Notes under the pieces: model-generated
Databases searched by the model: none
What the model was told of the DNA's origin: nothing
The model's input: only the letters and a program-made list of their open reading frames with translations
Made by a program: the position numbers and the translations under genes
NCBI GenBank assembly: GCA_030640695.1
Contig: DAOWIX010000143.1
Location: 1-34,172, forward strand
Reading direction: 5' to 3'
Length of the DNA stretch: 34,172 bases
Source of the DNA: Deltaproteobacteria bacterium
GTDB taxonomy: Bacteria; Desulfobacterota; Anaeroferrophillalia; Anaeroferrophillales; Tharpellaceae
Shown here: piece by piece, positions 8,783 through 16,565 of the stretch
How positions within the stretch are numbered: the first letter of the stretch is position 1
How the letters are laid out: every line of letters begins with the position of its first letter

Positions 8783-8886
8783 AACATTAAGCAAGCAATT
8801 ACAAATTTCACCCTAGACAAGAAACTTCAAACCATATATAACTATATGGTTCTCAATATATAAACATATAATGGAGGAGTTCGACT

Positions 8887-8976
8887 ATGAAGGAGTTGCT
8901 GATAGTCTTAGGAATCGTCATCGCCTGGTACCTGTTACAAGCGCACATCCTGCCCCGAATGGGCATTTCAACCTGA
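8887..8976 (+). CDS. Small single-pass membrane peptide of 29 codons up to a TGA; possibly extended through the TGA to 9078 (see findings)
   Basis: It is too short to appear in the ORF track. A GGAGG at 8873-8877 lies 9 nt upstream of the ATG at 8887. The translation is MKELLIVLGIVIAWYLLQAHILPRMGIST-TGA-MKPACQVAGPGKKRQQKSENVNNQSKSKIRKSD-TGA. Confidence 0.45.
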   Translation: MKELLIVLGIVIAWYLLQAHILPRMGIST

Positions 8977-9077
8977 ATGAAACCCGCTTGCCAGGTGGCC
9001 GGCCCGGGAAAGAAGAGGCAGCAAAAATCAGAAAACGTCAATAATCAAAGCAAATCGAAAATAAGGAAAAGCGACTG

Positions 9078-9509
9078 ATGACCCATCTTGACACCGGCAA
9101 CTATGCCGCCAAACACAGCGACAGATCAATCCCCGAAGCTTTGCAACAAAAATTAACCAGCATTGCCGAAAATAGACGCTTGAGCTGCAGCAAAGCTCAT
9201 CAACTAGCGCAGGAGACTGGATTTTCTGCAGCCGATATCGGCCGAGCTGCGGATCTTTTAGAGCTGCGCCTGACTGGATGTCAACTTGGACTCTTTGGTC
9301 AGAGCCGCAAAAAAGAGAAACTAGATAACACAACTAAACCCGGAGCTGAGCTTCAAGAAGCTCTACGCAAAGGCCTTAAAGAGGAACGCCTATCATGCCT
9401 TAAAGCCTGGGAAATAGCCGCGCGGCTCAAGCTCAAAAAAACCGATATTACAACGGCCTGCGAAAACCTCAAAATCAAGATTTCACCCTGTCAACTGGGA
9501 GCCTTTTGA
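9078..9509 (+). CDS. Hypothetical protein built from two homologous ~55-aa repeats, each ending in a CQLG(L/A)F motif
   Basis: 143 aa. Repeat 1 is ...RRLSCSKAHQLAQETGFSAADIGRAADLLELRLTGCQLGLFG. Repeat 2 is ...ERLSCLKAWEIAARLKLKKTDITTACENLKIKISPCQLGAF. I do not recognise the family. Confidence 0.6.
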   Translation: MTHLDTGNYAAKHSDRSIPEALQQKLTSIAENRRLSCSKAHQLAQETGFSAADIGRAADLLELRLTGCQLGLFGQSRKKEKLDNTTKPGAELQEALRKGLKEERLSCLKAWEIAARLKLKKTDITTACENLKIKISPCQLGAF

Positions 9510-9932
9510 TTAAAAAGGCAGCTCACGCAAGGCTATAAGCTGCTCTTTTTTTATCTCATCGACAATCCATGAACAGGCGTCAAAAGCATCGCGACGGGTA
9601 GCAGCTGAACAGATAACCAGCAGAACATCACCCCCTCGTCCAACCGACCCCAGACGATGCTGAATAAAAATACGGTGCAAGTGGAAATGCCAGGAGGCAT
9701 CAATGGCAATAGTTCGTAACCCTTCACAGACATCGTCAACCAAAGCATCAAGACTAACCATACGAAAATCGGGCAGGACCTTGCCTGGATGTTTAACGCA
9801 CCCGTGATGCATGACAACTGTCCCGGTAGCGACGCTCTCCTTTTCAATAAATCGAGTATAGATCTCGGCCACCGCAAACGGCTCAGTTGCAAGCGCTACT
9901 TCAATACCAGCTTCATTAACGACACGCCCCAT
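9510..9932 (-). CDS. moaE: MoaE-family protein (molybdopterin synthase catalytic subunit-like)
   Basis: 140 aa. It follows the MoaE pattern: PF.V.E.Y ... G.VV.H.G.V+ ... HR.G.+..G+ ... RRDAF.A...++DE+K. Confidence 0.6.
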   Translation of the reverse strand: MGRVVNEAGIEVALATEPFAVAEIYTRFIEKESVATGTVVMHHGCVKHPGKVLPDFRMVSLDALVDDVCEGLRTIAIDASWHFHLHRIFIQHRLGSVGRGGDVLLVICSAATRRDAFDACSWIVDEIKKEQLIALRELPF

Positions 9933-10219
9933 TATAAATCCTCCAAAATCATCTCCACAGGAGTTTTGTACTTCTTGATATTATTACACTCTTTACAACA
10001 AGGAACAATATTGCCTTTCACACTACGCCCCCCCCGGGAGAGGGGGACTATATGATCCATAGTCAACTCCTGCGGTGGAAACCGATTTCCACAGTAGTGA
10101 CATATACCTTTATTTAGTAGTCGCTGCCAGAAATGACTACTTCGCATCTGACGAGCTTTTTCGCGTTCACGCTTGACATGCTTGCTATCAGTTTCAATCT
10201 CAATCCAGTCACTCATCAA
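9932..10219 (-). CDS. Small stand-alone HNH endonuclease-family protein
   Basis: 95 aa, with CHYCG...DHIVPLSRGG...NIVPCCKECNNIKK (HNH/CCHH). Its TAA shares one nucleotide with the moaE-like ATG (TAATG). Confidence 0.8.
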   Translation of the reverse strand: MMSDWIEIETDSKHVKREREKARQMRSSHFWQRLLNKGICHYCGNRFPPQELTMDHIVPLSRGGRSVKGNIVPCCKECNNIKKYKTPVEMILEDL

Positions 10220-10234
10220 GGCCTCTATACCAGA

Positions 10235-11008
10235 TTACCCAACCATCGTTCCCGGCCATTTAGAGGCAAAATGCTCCAACTCTTCAGGGGTATCTATACC
10301 TGACCAGGGAGAGCTGCACTCAAGAATCTCAATAGCGTAACCATTTTCAAGCCAATTCAACTGTTCCAGATTCTCAGACGCCGCCAGAACTCCAGACGGC
10401 TGGCATTTTAAATTTCGCAAAAAACTACCACTGTAGCCATAGATTCCGAGATGCTGCAAGACTCCCGAACGATCCTCTTGCATAATCTGAAGAGCAGAGT
10501 TCTCATCTTGGTAAAAAGGAATTGGAGATCGGGAAAAATAGAGAGCCTTACCCTTAAGGTCGACCACGACCTTAACAACATGAGGCGACCGGTAAGCGTC
10601 GGAGTCTTTTAAAACAGATCCCGCCGACACCAGTAGGTCAGGGTCATCTCTCTCCACGAGTAAAGAGATGACGCGATCGATCAAACGAGGATCAATTCCC
10701 GGCTCATCCCCCTGAACATTGACAAACCATTTGACTTGAGGATTGCGATCAGCAATTTCAGCCAGTCTTTCGGTGCCGCTCTTATGGTGACTGGCGGTCA
10801 TCTCGACCCGACCACCACAAGCACGCACCACCTCGGCTATGCGCTGATCATCGGTTGCAACCACGACGTTACTAGTCTGTTTGACCTGCCGACAAGCCTC
10901 GAGAACCCAGACCACCATAGGACGGCCATGCAGCAAAGCCAAAGGCTTTCCCGGAAAACGCTGGGCCTGATAACGGGCGGGAATGACAATCCATGATTCA
11001 CTACTCAT
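10235..11008 (-). CDS. kdsB: 3-deoxy-manno-octulosonate cytidylyltransferase (CMP-Kdo synthetase)
   Basis: 257 aa, with IPARYQAQRFPGKPL and VNVQGDEP motifs. Confidence 0.9.
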   Translation of the reverse strand: MSSESWIVIPARYQAQRFPGKPLALLHGRPMVVWVLEACRQVKQTSNVVVATDDQRIAEVVRACGGRVEMTASHHKSGTERLAEIADRNPQVKWFVNVQGDEPGIDPRLIDRVISLLVERDDPDLLVSAGSVLKDSDAYRSPHVVKVVVDLKGKALYFSRSPIPFYQDENSALQIMQEDRSGVLQHLGIYGYSGSFLRNLKCQPSGVLAASENLEQLNWLENGYAIEILECSSPWSGIDTPEELEHFASKWPGTMVG

Positions 11009-11181
11009 AATAAAACCCTTATATGCCCCAGTGACACGTCAACTCTGAAACTTAGACACCAACTTTGCAGGCCCACTCTACACATAAAAAAATAAAAAAC
11101 AACCTGAAAATAAAAAAAACCTTGACAAGCACAACCGTTTTCACTAGCTATACTCGCAAATTATTACTCAGGAGGAAGAGC

Positions 11182-11703
11182 ATGGCCAATTCAACACTCA
11201 AAAACATCAACTACCAGGTCGGAAAACTGTGCCGTTTGGGAAGCCGTAAAGCAAAACTCATGGCAATCAGCAATCGCCGTAAACAACAGCTTCGCCACCT
11301 CGGAGAGAGAGTGTACATCTTTAAGGCCTTACAACAAGATGAAGATATCTGGGAAAAAGATGAGATCTCCCAACTCCTGCTCACGATTGCTGACCTTGAC
11401 CAAGAACAGGAGATGATAATTGATGAGATCAATGAGATAAAAGCGGAGAGCCCACCGGACGAAACCTGTTGTGGCTGTCAGGATGAAGGCGTAAGCCCTG
11501 AAACTGAAGCTCCTGCAGAGGTAGTGCCCGAAGCCAAGGTCGAAACTCCTGAAGTTAAGCCGGAAATCGAGAAAACTGAAGCAAAGAAGCCGAAAGCAGC
11601 AGTTGCCACACCGGCTCCAAGCGAAGAGAAAGCTAAAGCCAAGCCGAAGACTCCACGTCGGCGAGCAGCGAGCAAGAAAGTAACTCCCACTAAAAGTGAT
11701 TAA
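11182..11703 (+). CDS. Hypothetical protein: helical N-terminal half, CCGC motif, and a Lys/Pro/Ala/Glu-rich histone-H1-like tail
   Basis: The track ORF 11065..11703 is trimmed to the ATG at 11182, which is preceded by AGGAGGAAG. The tail is ...PEAKVETPEVKPEIEKTEAKKPKAAVATPAPSEEKAKAKPKTPRRRAASKKVTPTKSD. Confidence 0.55.
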   Translation: MANSTLKNINYQVGKLCRLGSRKAKLMAISNRRKQQLRHLGERVYIFKALQQDEDIWEKDEISQLLLTIADLDQEQEMIIDEINEIKAESPPDETCCGCQDEGVSPETEAPAEVVPEAKVETPEVKPEIEKTEAKKPKAAVATPAPSEEKAKAKPKTPRRRAASKKVTPTKSD

Positions 11704-11812
11704 AAGTAACGGTAAACAGCTTGAGAGAGTTACTGACTAAACCAGACTTGACGGTTTTTTGCCAGTAACATTCTGCTTTTTTGAGAGTTGCAGACCGTAA
11801 GTTCAAGAGCTC

Positions 11813-11852
11813 AAAAAGCCCAACATTTAATTTATAATGTTGGGCTTTTTTT
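11813..11852. terminator. Rho-independent terminator, potentially bidirectional (A-tract, 10-bp GC-containing stem, T-tract)
   Basis: AAAAAGCCCAACATT-TAATTTAT-AATGTTGGGCTTTTTTT; perfect stem, read from the sequence. Confidence 0.8.
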
Positions 11853-12107
11853 ATGGTTTTAAGTTTTAACTGACAGCCTGAAATGCTTCTCCCCTCCTCA
11901 AAACACGGCGAGCAGCGACCACCAAACGAAATGATTTTCATTGATTCATTTACGCACCTGTGATAAAGGAGCCTAGCATTGAAATAAATCAGCTTTTTCA
12001 GTGCCTTATTAAAGTTTTTTTCATAATCGAAAGAGTTGTATAGATATCATATTGAACTTTTCGAAGATCCAGAAACCGCGCCTTAATTTGTAAGGAAGTA
12101 TACGCAA

Positions 12108-12791
12108 ATGTCTAAAGGAAAAATATCCGTACGCCGTGAGTTACGTGAGCCCGACGCCTTTATAAAAACCACCTACTCGGTTCTCGACTATTGCAAAAAA
12201 CATCTGAAATTGATTTCAATTACGGCTGTAATCTTAGTTACGGTAACCGCCACAGCAATCGGTGCCTTTTGGTATTCCAGCGACCGCAACCACTCGGCCC
12301 AACTATTATTAAACCAAGCTGTGACCTCTTTGGATAACCAGACGGCCAACCCGGATAGCGGTAGCAACCAACAATTGGACACTATCATCACGTCATATAA
12401 AAGCACCGTTGCCAGTCCGGTTGCGAGTTACCTCTATGCCAACCAAAAGTACCGGGCTGGCGATTTGAATGGGGCGGCTGAGCTCTACCAAGCCAACAAT
12501 AAGGTTGCAGACCGACACCTTAAAAACCTTCAACGTTTGGGACTGGCCACCATTTATTTCCAACAAAATGAATTTAGTAAAGCCATTTCAATCCTTGAAC
12601 AGATGCAGACCGAGCGCAGCTTTATTAACGAAGAGCTCTACATCCTTTTAGGGCTCAGTTATGAAAAAAATAAACAACCGGAAAAAGCTGTAGCCACCTA
12701 CGAAAACATGATTCAATTACTACAGAACTCATTTTTCAAACCTTGGGCTGAAGAGCGTTTACTAAACTTGCAAAACCTGGCAAAATCATAA
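12108..12791 (+). CDS. Membrane-anchored TPR-like protein (YfgM-like architecture)
   Basis: 227 aa: about 35 cytoplasmic residues, one TM helix (ISITAVILVTVTATAIGAFWY), then TPR-like helices. AAGGAAG RBS. Confidence 0.5.
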   Translation: MSKGKISVRRELREPDAFIKTTYSVLDYCKKHLKLISITAVILVTVTATAIGAFWYSSDRNHSAQLLLNQAVTSLDNQTANPDSGSNQQLDTIITSYKSTVASPVASYLYANQKYRAGDLNGAAELYQANNKVADRHLKNLQRLGLATIYFQQNEFSKAISILEQMQTERSFINEELYILLGLSYEKNKQPEKAVATYENMIQLLQNSFFKPWAEERLLNLQNLAKS

Positions 12792-12845
12792 TAGTCATTT
12801 CCAACCGAGTCTTAAGGCAAGATTACACCCGCACCACCAAAGAAC

Positions 12846-13739
12846 ATGTTGGTTGGTTCTTCAATCTTTAAACACCATTTTTCAGGACGGCCCTCAACTA
12901 TGAGGGCTTATCTTTTTTATTCGATGCTGAAAACCATCTCTAAACAGCTGGGCTTAAACCTTAACAAGAGCCACAATCAAAGAGTAGGGATAGTTTTCGC
13001 CATTCTCCTCTGCCTTATCTGTGGTTCAGGCTGCAACCACACCCCATCACCCGAAAAACCCCAATTATCTGATGAATTTTATGAGAACTTGCTGATCTCA
13101 TTCACAGCCCGGGATTACCGCTTGGTAAAAGAAGGACTGCAAAAAATAACCGAAGCCGGGATTGATGACAAACGCACCCTCTACCTTGGGGCTATGCTGG
13201 CCCTGATTGAGAGAGACCAGGAAAAAGCAGTTCTTAACCTTAAAGCAGCCCTGGCCATCGACCCTGAGTATGCCGAAGCCCACAACACTCTGGGCACCAT
13301 CTACATGCAGCAAAAACAATTTGCTACAGCCGAAACGGAATTTATAGAAGCCTCTAACAACGCCCTCTACCAGACCCCGGAAAAAGCTTACCACAACCTC
13401 GGCAACCTCTATCAGCAACAGAATAAAAAAGAACAGGCGAAAAACTGCTACTTTAAAGCTCTAGAGTTGAATCGTGACTATTTCCCATCATACTACGAAC
13501 TCAGCCGACTCTACTTTGATATTGACAAATTAGAATTTGCCGCTCAGGAGATCGAAAAAGCCCGACAACTCTCCCCTGAACACCCCGGGGTCTGGCTCCA
13601 AATTGGAAAAATCAAAAACGCACAGCAAAAAACGGCCCTTGCCATTGAGGCTTTTAAACAGGTCATAAAACTGCAACCCCGGGGAAGTTTTGCGGATCAA
13701 GCCAACAAGGAGCTGAACCTTTTGACTGGATCTCATTAA
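12846..13739 (+). CDS. TPR lipoprotein, PilW/PilF-like (type IV pilus biogenesis/stability family); start codon uncertain (12846, 12900 or 12924)
   Basis: Signal-like VGIVFAILLCLICGSGC. The TPR run NLGNLYQQQNKKEQAKNCYFKALELNRDYFPSYYELSRLYF resembles PilW. Confidence 0.5.
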   Translation: MLVGSSIFKHHFSGRPSTMRAYLFYSMLKTISKQLGLNLNKSHNQRVGIVFAILLCLICGSGCNHTPSPEKPQLSDEFYENLLISFTARDYRLVKEGLQKITEAGIDDKRTLYLGAMLALIERDQEKAVLNLKAALAIDPEYAEAHNTLGTIYMQQKQFATAETEFIEASNNALYQTPEKAYHNLGNLYQQQNKKEQAKNCYFKALELNRDYFPSYYELSRLYFDIDKLEFAAQEIEKARQLSPEHPGVWLQIGKIKNAQQKTALAIEAFKQVIKLQPRGSFADQANKELNLLTGSH

Positions 13740-13818
13740 ACAACAGGGGACAAATTTAGTGCCATTTTGAGTTGGATCTCTTTAAATAATATAGTTAATT
13801 TTCAGGTACCCTTCAGAT

Positions 13819-15312
13819 ATGAATCAGGATAGCGAAAACAGTTTACGTCAACAACGTATAATTAAACTCGATCAGCTTAAAGAGCTGGGAGTCAACCCCT
13901 TTGCCAATGACTTCACGCCTTCAAACACAGCCGCAGAGATCCTTCAAGAGTACAGCGAGCAGGAAGCCAAAATCCTTGAGGAGAGCGCCCCTCCAGCAAA
14001 GATTGCCGGGCGCATTGTCTCTCTGCGACTCTTCGGCAAAGCCGCTTTTGCCCACCTCCAGGATCGTAGCGGGAAAGTTCAAGCATATATCCGCAAAGAC
14101 CTGGTTGGCGAAGATAATTTCAAGATTTTCAAACTCTTTGACATCGGCGATACAATTGGGGTCAACGGAACCGTTTTCAAAACCCGAACCGGTGAAGTCA
14201 CGATTCAGGCTGCCAGTGTCCAGATCCTGACCAAAGCTCTGCGCCCCTTACCGGAGAAATGGCACGGTTTAAAAGATATTGAAACCCGCTACCGGCAACG
14301 TTATGTCGACCTTATCGTCAATCAGGAGGTTCGGGAAACCTTCATCAAAAGAACCCAGATAATTGATATCATCAGAAATTTCTTTAAAGAAAAAGATTTT
14401 TTGGAAGTTGAAACACCGATGATGCAGGCGGTGGCCGGAGGTGCAACGGCCCGGCCCTTCACCACTCACCACAATGCTTTAAACCTCGACTTAAGCCTTC
14501 GTATTGCTCCTGAATTATACCTTAAAAGGTTAGTGGTCGGTGGTTTTGAAAGGGTTTTTGAGATCAACCGCAATTTCCGCAATGAAGGTATCTCGATAAA
14601 ACATAACCCTGAATTTACCATGATCGAGTTCTATCAAGCTTATGCTACCTACCTCGACCTGATGAGCATGACCGAAGAGCTTTTCGTCACCATCTGTCGA
14701 ACCTTGAACAAGAGCGACGCTATTGTCTATCAAGGTCAAGAGATTAACTTCTCGCCACCCTGGGATCATTTGACGGTCATCGAAGCGATTGAGAAGTACG
14801 CCGGAATTGATGCCAAACGACTCCAAAACCTGGAGGCAGTACTGGAAATCATTGAGGAACTCGACCTTGAAATGGCCCCTCAAGAGAGAGCGTGTCACGC
14901 CAAATGCTTAATGAAAATCTTTGATGAAAAAGTTGAAGAACAACTTATCCAGCCGACCTTCATTACTGATTATCCGGTTGCTATCTCACCTCTTTCGCGA
15001 AGAAGTGAGTCCAACCCGGAGGTAACCGACCGCTTTGAACTTTTTATCGCCGGCCGCGAGATGGCCAACGCTTTTTCTGAGCTTAATGACCCCCTGGATC
15101 AAAGAGAGCGCTTTGAACAGCAGCTTAGAGAGAAAGCCGCAGGCGATCAGGAAGCCCACCAGTTTGATGCCGACTACCTGCGGGCCTTGGAATACGGCTT
15201 GCCGCCAACCGCTGGCGAAGGCATCGGTATCGACCGCTTGGTAATGCTCTTTACTGATGCCGCATCGATCCGCGACGTCATCCTCTTCCCGCTCCTTAAA
15301 CCTGAACAGTAA
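13819..15312 (+). CDS. lysS: Lysine--tRNA ligase, class II
   Basis: 497 aa: an OB-fold N-terminal domain and class II motifs (FRNEGIS..HNPEFTMIEFYQAY; GIGIDRLVMLFTD). Confidence 0.95.
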   Translation: MNQDSENSLRQQRIIKLDQLKELGVNPFANDFTPSNTAAEILQEYSEQEAKILEESAPPAKIAGRIVSLRLFGKAAFAHLQDRSGKVQAYIRKDLVGEDNFKIFKLFDIGDTIGVNGTVFKTRTGEVTIQAASVQILTKALRPLPEKWHGLKDIETRYRQRYVDLIVNQEVRETFIKRTQIIDIIRNFFKEKDFLEVETPMMQAVAGGATARPFTTHHNALNLDLSLRIAPELYLKRLVVGGFERVFEINRNFRNEGISIKHNPEFTMIEFYQAYATYLDLMSMTEELFVTICRTLNKSDAIVYQGQEINFSPPWDHLTVIEAIEKYAGIDAKRLQNLEAVLEIIEELDLEMAPQERACHAKCLMKIFDEKVEEQLIQPTFITDYPVAISPLSRRSESNPEVTDRFELFIAGREMANAFSELNDPLDQRERFEQQLREKAAGDQEAHQFDADYLRALEYGLPPTAGEGIGIDRLVMLFTDAASIRDVILFPLLKPEQ

Positions 15313-15323
15313 AGGCTCTCACT

Positions 15324-16556
15324 TTGCGGTTCGAACTTTTTGTAGCCCTACGCCACCTACTGGCGCGACGTAAACAGGTCTTTATCTCTCTGATATCCCT
15401 GATCTCTATTTTGGGTATTGCCCTTGGGGTTATGGCATTGGTCGTGGTTATTGCGGTCATGAGCGGTTTTGAAAAAGAGTTAAAGAAAAAGATACTCGGC
15501 AATACGGCCCACATCATGGTCATGAAATATGGTGGAGCCATCAGCGGTTACGAAAAACTTACTGATACCATCAGTAAAATAGAAGAAGTCGTTGAGGCAG
15601 CTCCCTTTATTCTTAATCAAGCGATGCTGACCCACGGTCGCCAAGTCAGCGGAGCTGGTATTCGAGGTATCGATCAAAACCACGACCCTTTGCGCAAAAA
15701 ACTTGAAAAGATGCTGGTTGACGGACGCTTTTTCTCCCCTCCAACCATGAATGGCAATAACACTCCGGAGATTATCTTAGGCAGTGAGTTAGCCAAAAAT
15801 ATCGGCGTTAAAACAGGATCTAACCTGCGCCTGGTCGCCCCCAGCGGGTCTCCAACCCCTTTGGGACTGGTACCCAGAATGCAGCGTTTTACGGTTATCG
15901 GTACCTACACCTCCGGGATGTACCAATACGACTCCGCATTGGCTTATACCACCGTGGCCGCCGCCCAAAAATTTTTCGCCATGCCGGGTCAGGTTACTGG
16001 TATAGCTGTAGAGATCGAGAAACTCTATGAGGCTGGAGCCATTGCTGAAAAGATTCGTCAAAAGCTAGCCTACCCCTACTGGGCTCGGGACTGGATCAGT
16101 ATGAATCGTAATCTTTTTGCAGCCCTTAAACTTGAACGCATCACCATGTTTATTATCCTGGCGCTGATTATCATGGTTGCCGCCTTCAACATTATCTCTA
16201 CCCTGATCATGGTAGTCATGGAAAAACACAAAGAGATCGCAATTCTCAAAACCATGGGTCTCTCATCCTTACGCATTATGCGCATCTTTGTCTGGGAGGG
16301 GATGATTATCGGTTTTGCCGGAACCATTCTCGGCCTGGCCGGCTCTCTGGTTCTCTGCGAGATACTTAAAAGATACGACTTTATCACTCTGCCGGGTGAT
16401 GTCTACTATTTTGAAACCTCGCTACCAGTGGATCTACAATTTTTCCATCTCGCAGCGACTGCGGCCCTCTCCCTGGTGCTCTGTTTTGTGGCAACACTCT
16501 ACCCCTCTTTTCGCGCTTCCCGCTTACTGCCGGCTGAAGCCTTACGCTACGAATAG
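15324..16556 (+). CDS. Lipoprotein-releasing system transmembrane permease, LolC/LolE family
   Basis: 410 aa with a TTG start. It has the MRFELFVALRHL N-terminus and MacB/FtsX-type topology with a large periplasmic loop. Confidence 0.88.
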   Translation: MRFELFVALRHLLARRKQVFISLISLISILGIALGVMALVVVIAVMSGFEKELKKKILGNTAHIMVMKYGGAISGYEKLTDTISKIEEVVEAAPFILNQAMLTHGRQVSGAGIRGIDQNHDPLRKKLEKMLVDGRFFSPPTMNGNNTPEIILGSELAKNIGVKTGSNLRLVAPSGSPTPLGLVPRMQRFTVIGTYTSGMYQYDSALAYTTVAAAQKFFAMPGQVTGIAVEIEKLYEAGAIAEKIRQKLAYPYWARDWISMNRNLFAALKLERITMFIILALIIMVAAFNIISTLIMVVMEKHKEIAILKTMGLSSLRIMRIFVWEGMIIGFAGTILGLAGSLVLCEILKRYDFITLPGDVYYFETSLPVDLQFFHLAATAALSLVLCFVATLYPSFRASRLLPAEALRYE

Positions 16557-16565
16557 GGAATCGGA

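Noticed and set aside
8871-9044. Alternative 57-codon + strand ORF (MEEFDYEGVADSLRNRH...) overlapping the membrane micro-ORF in another frame
   Set aside because: It has no RBS because its ATG sits inside the GGAGG region that serves the 8887 start. The hydrophobic-helix ORF at 8887 is the more protein-like reading. I cannot formally exclude it.
8853-9333. Minus-strand track ORFs 8853..9041 and 9028..9333
   Set aside because: They are antisense to the better-supported + strand micro-ORF and to the duplicated-domain gene. They are Cys/Arg-rich with no motifs.
9932-10219. HNH endonuclease as the seed of a defence or mobile system
   Set aside because: It has no partner genes (no methylase, ATPase, helicase, Cas, reverse transcriptase, toxin or integrase), no flanking repeats and no obvious compositional break. 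It sits within a housekeeping operon.
11065-11181. N-terminal extensions of track ORFs (11065-11181, 21390-21434, 28769-28870, 30203-30253, 31886-31927)
   Set aside because: Internal ATGs with good RBSs give N-termini matching the family consensus (FabZ MQTALMDIN..., [16 protein letters not shown], RuvA MIGRVRG), or produce stop/start overlap with the upstream gene. The extensions are lysine-rich or otherwise atypical.
11690-11941. 83-aa minus-strand ORF in the 11704-12107 spacer
   Set aside because: It runs straight through the strong bidirectional terminator at 11813-11852, and it has no RBS or motifs.
11928-11951. Fur-box-like AT-rich sequence GAAATGATTTTCATTGATTCATTT
   Set aside because: It contains an AATGA-TTT-TCATT palindrome resembling the Fur consensus core. 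However, it lies about 160 bp from the nearest start (a TPR protein with no iron link), and AT-rich palindromes of this kind arise easily. It would need a PWM scan and evidence of a regulon.
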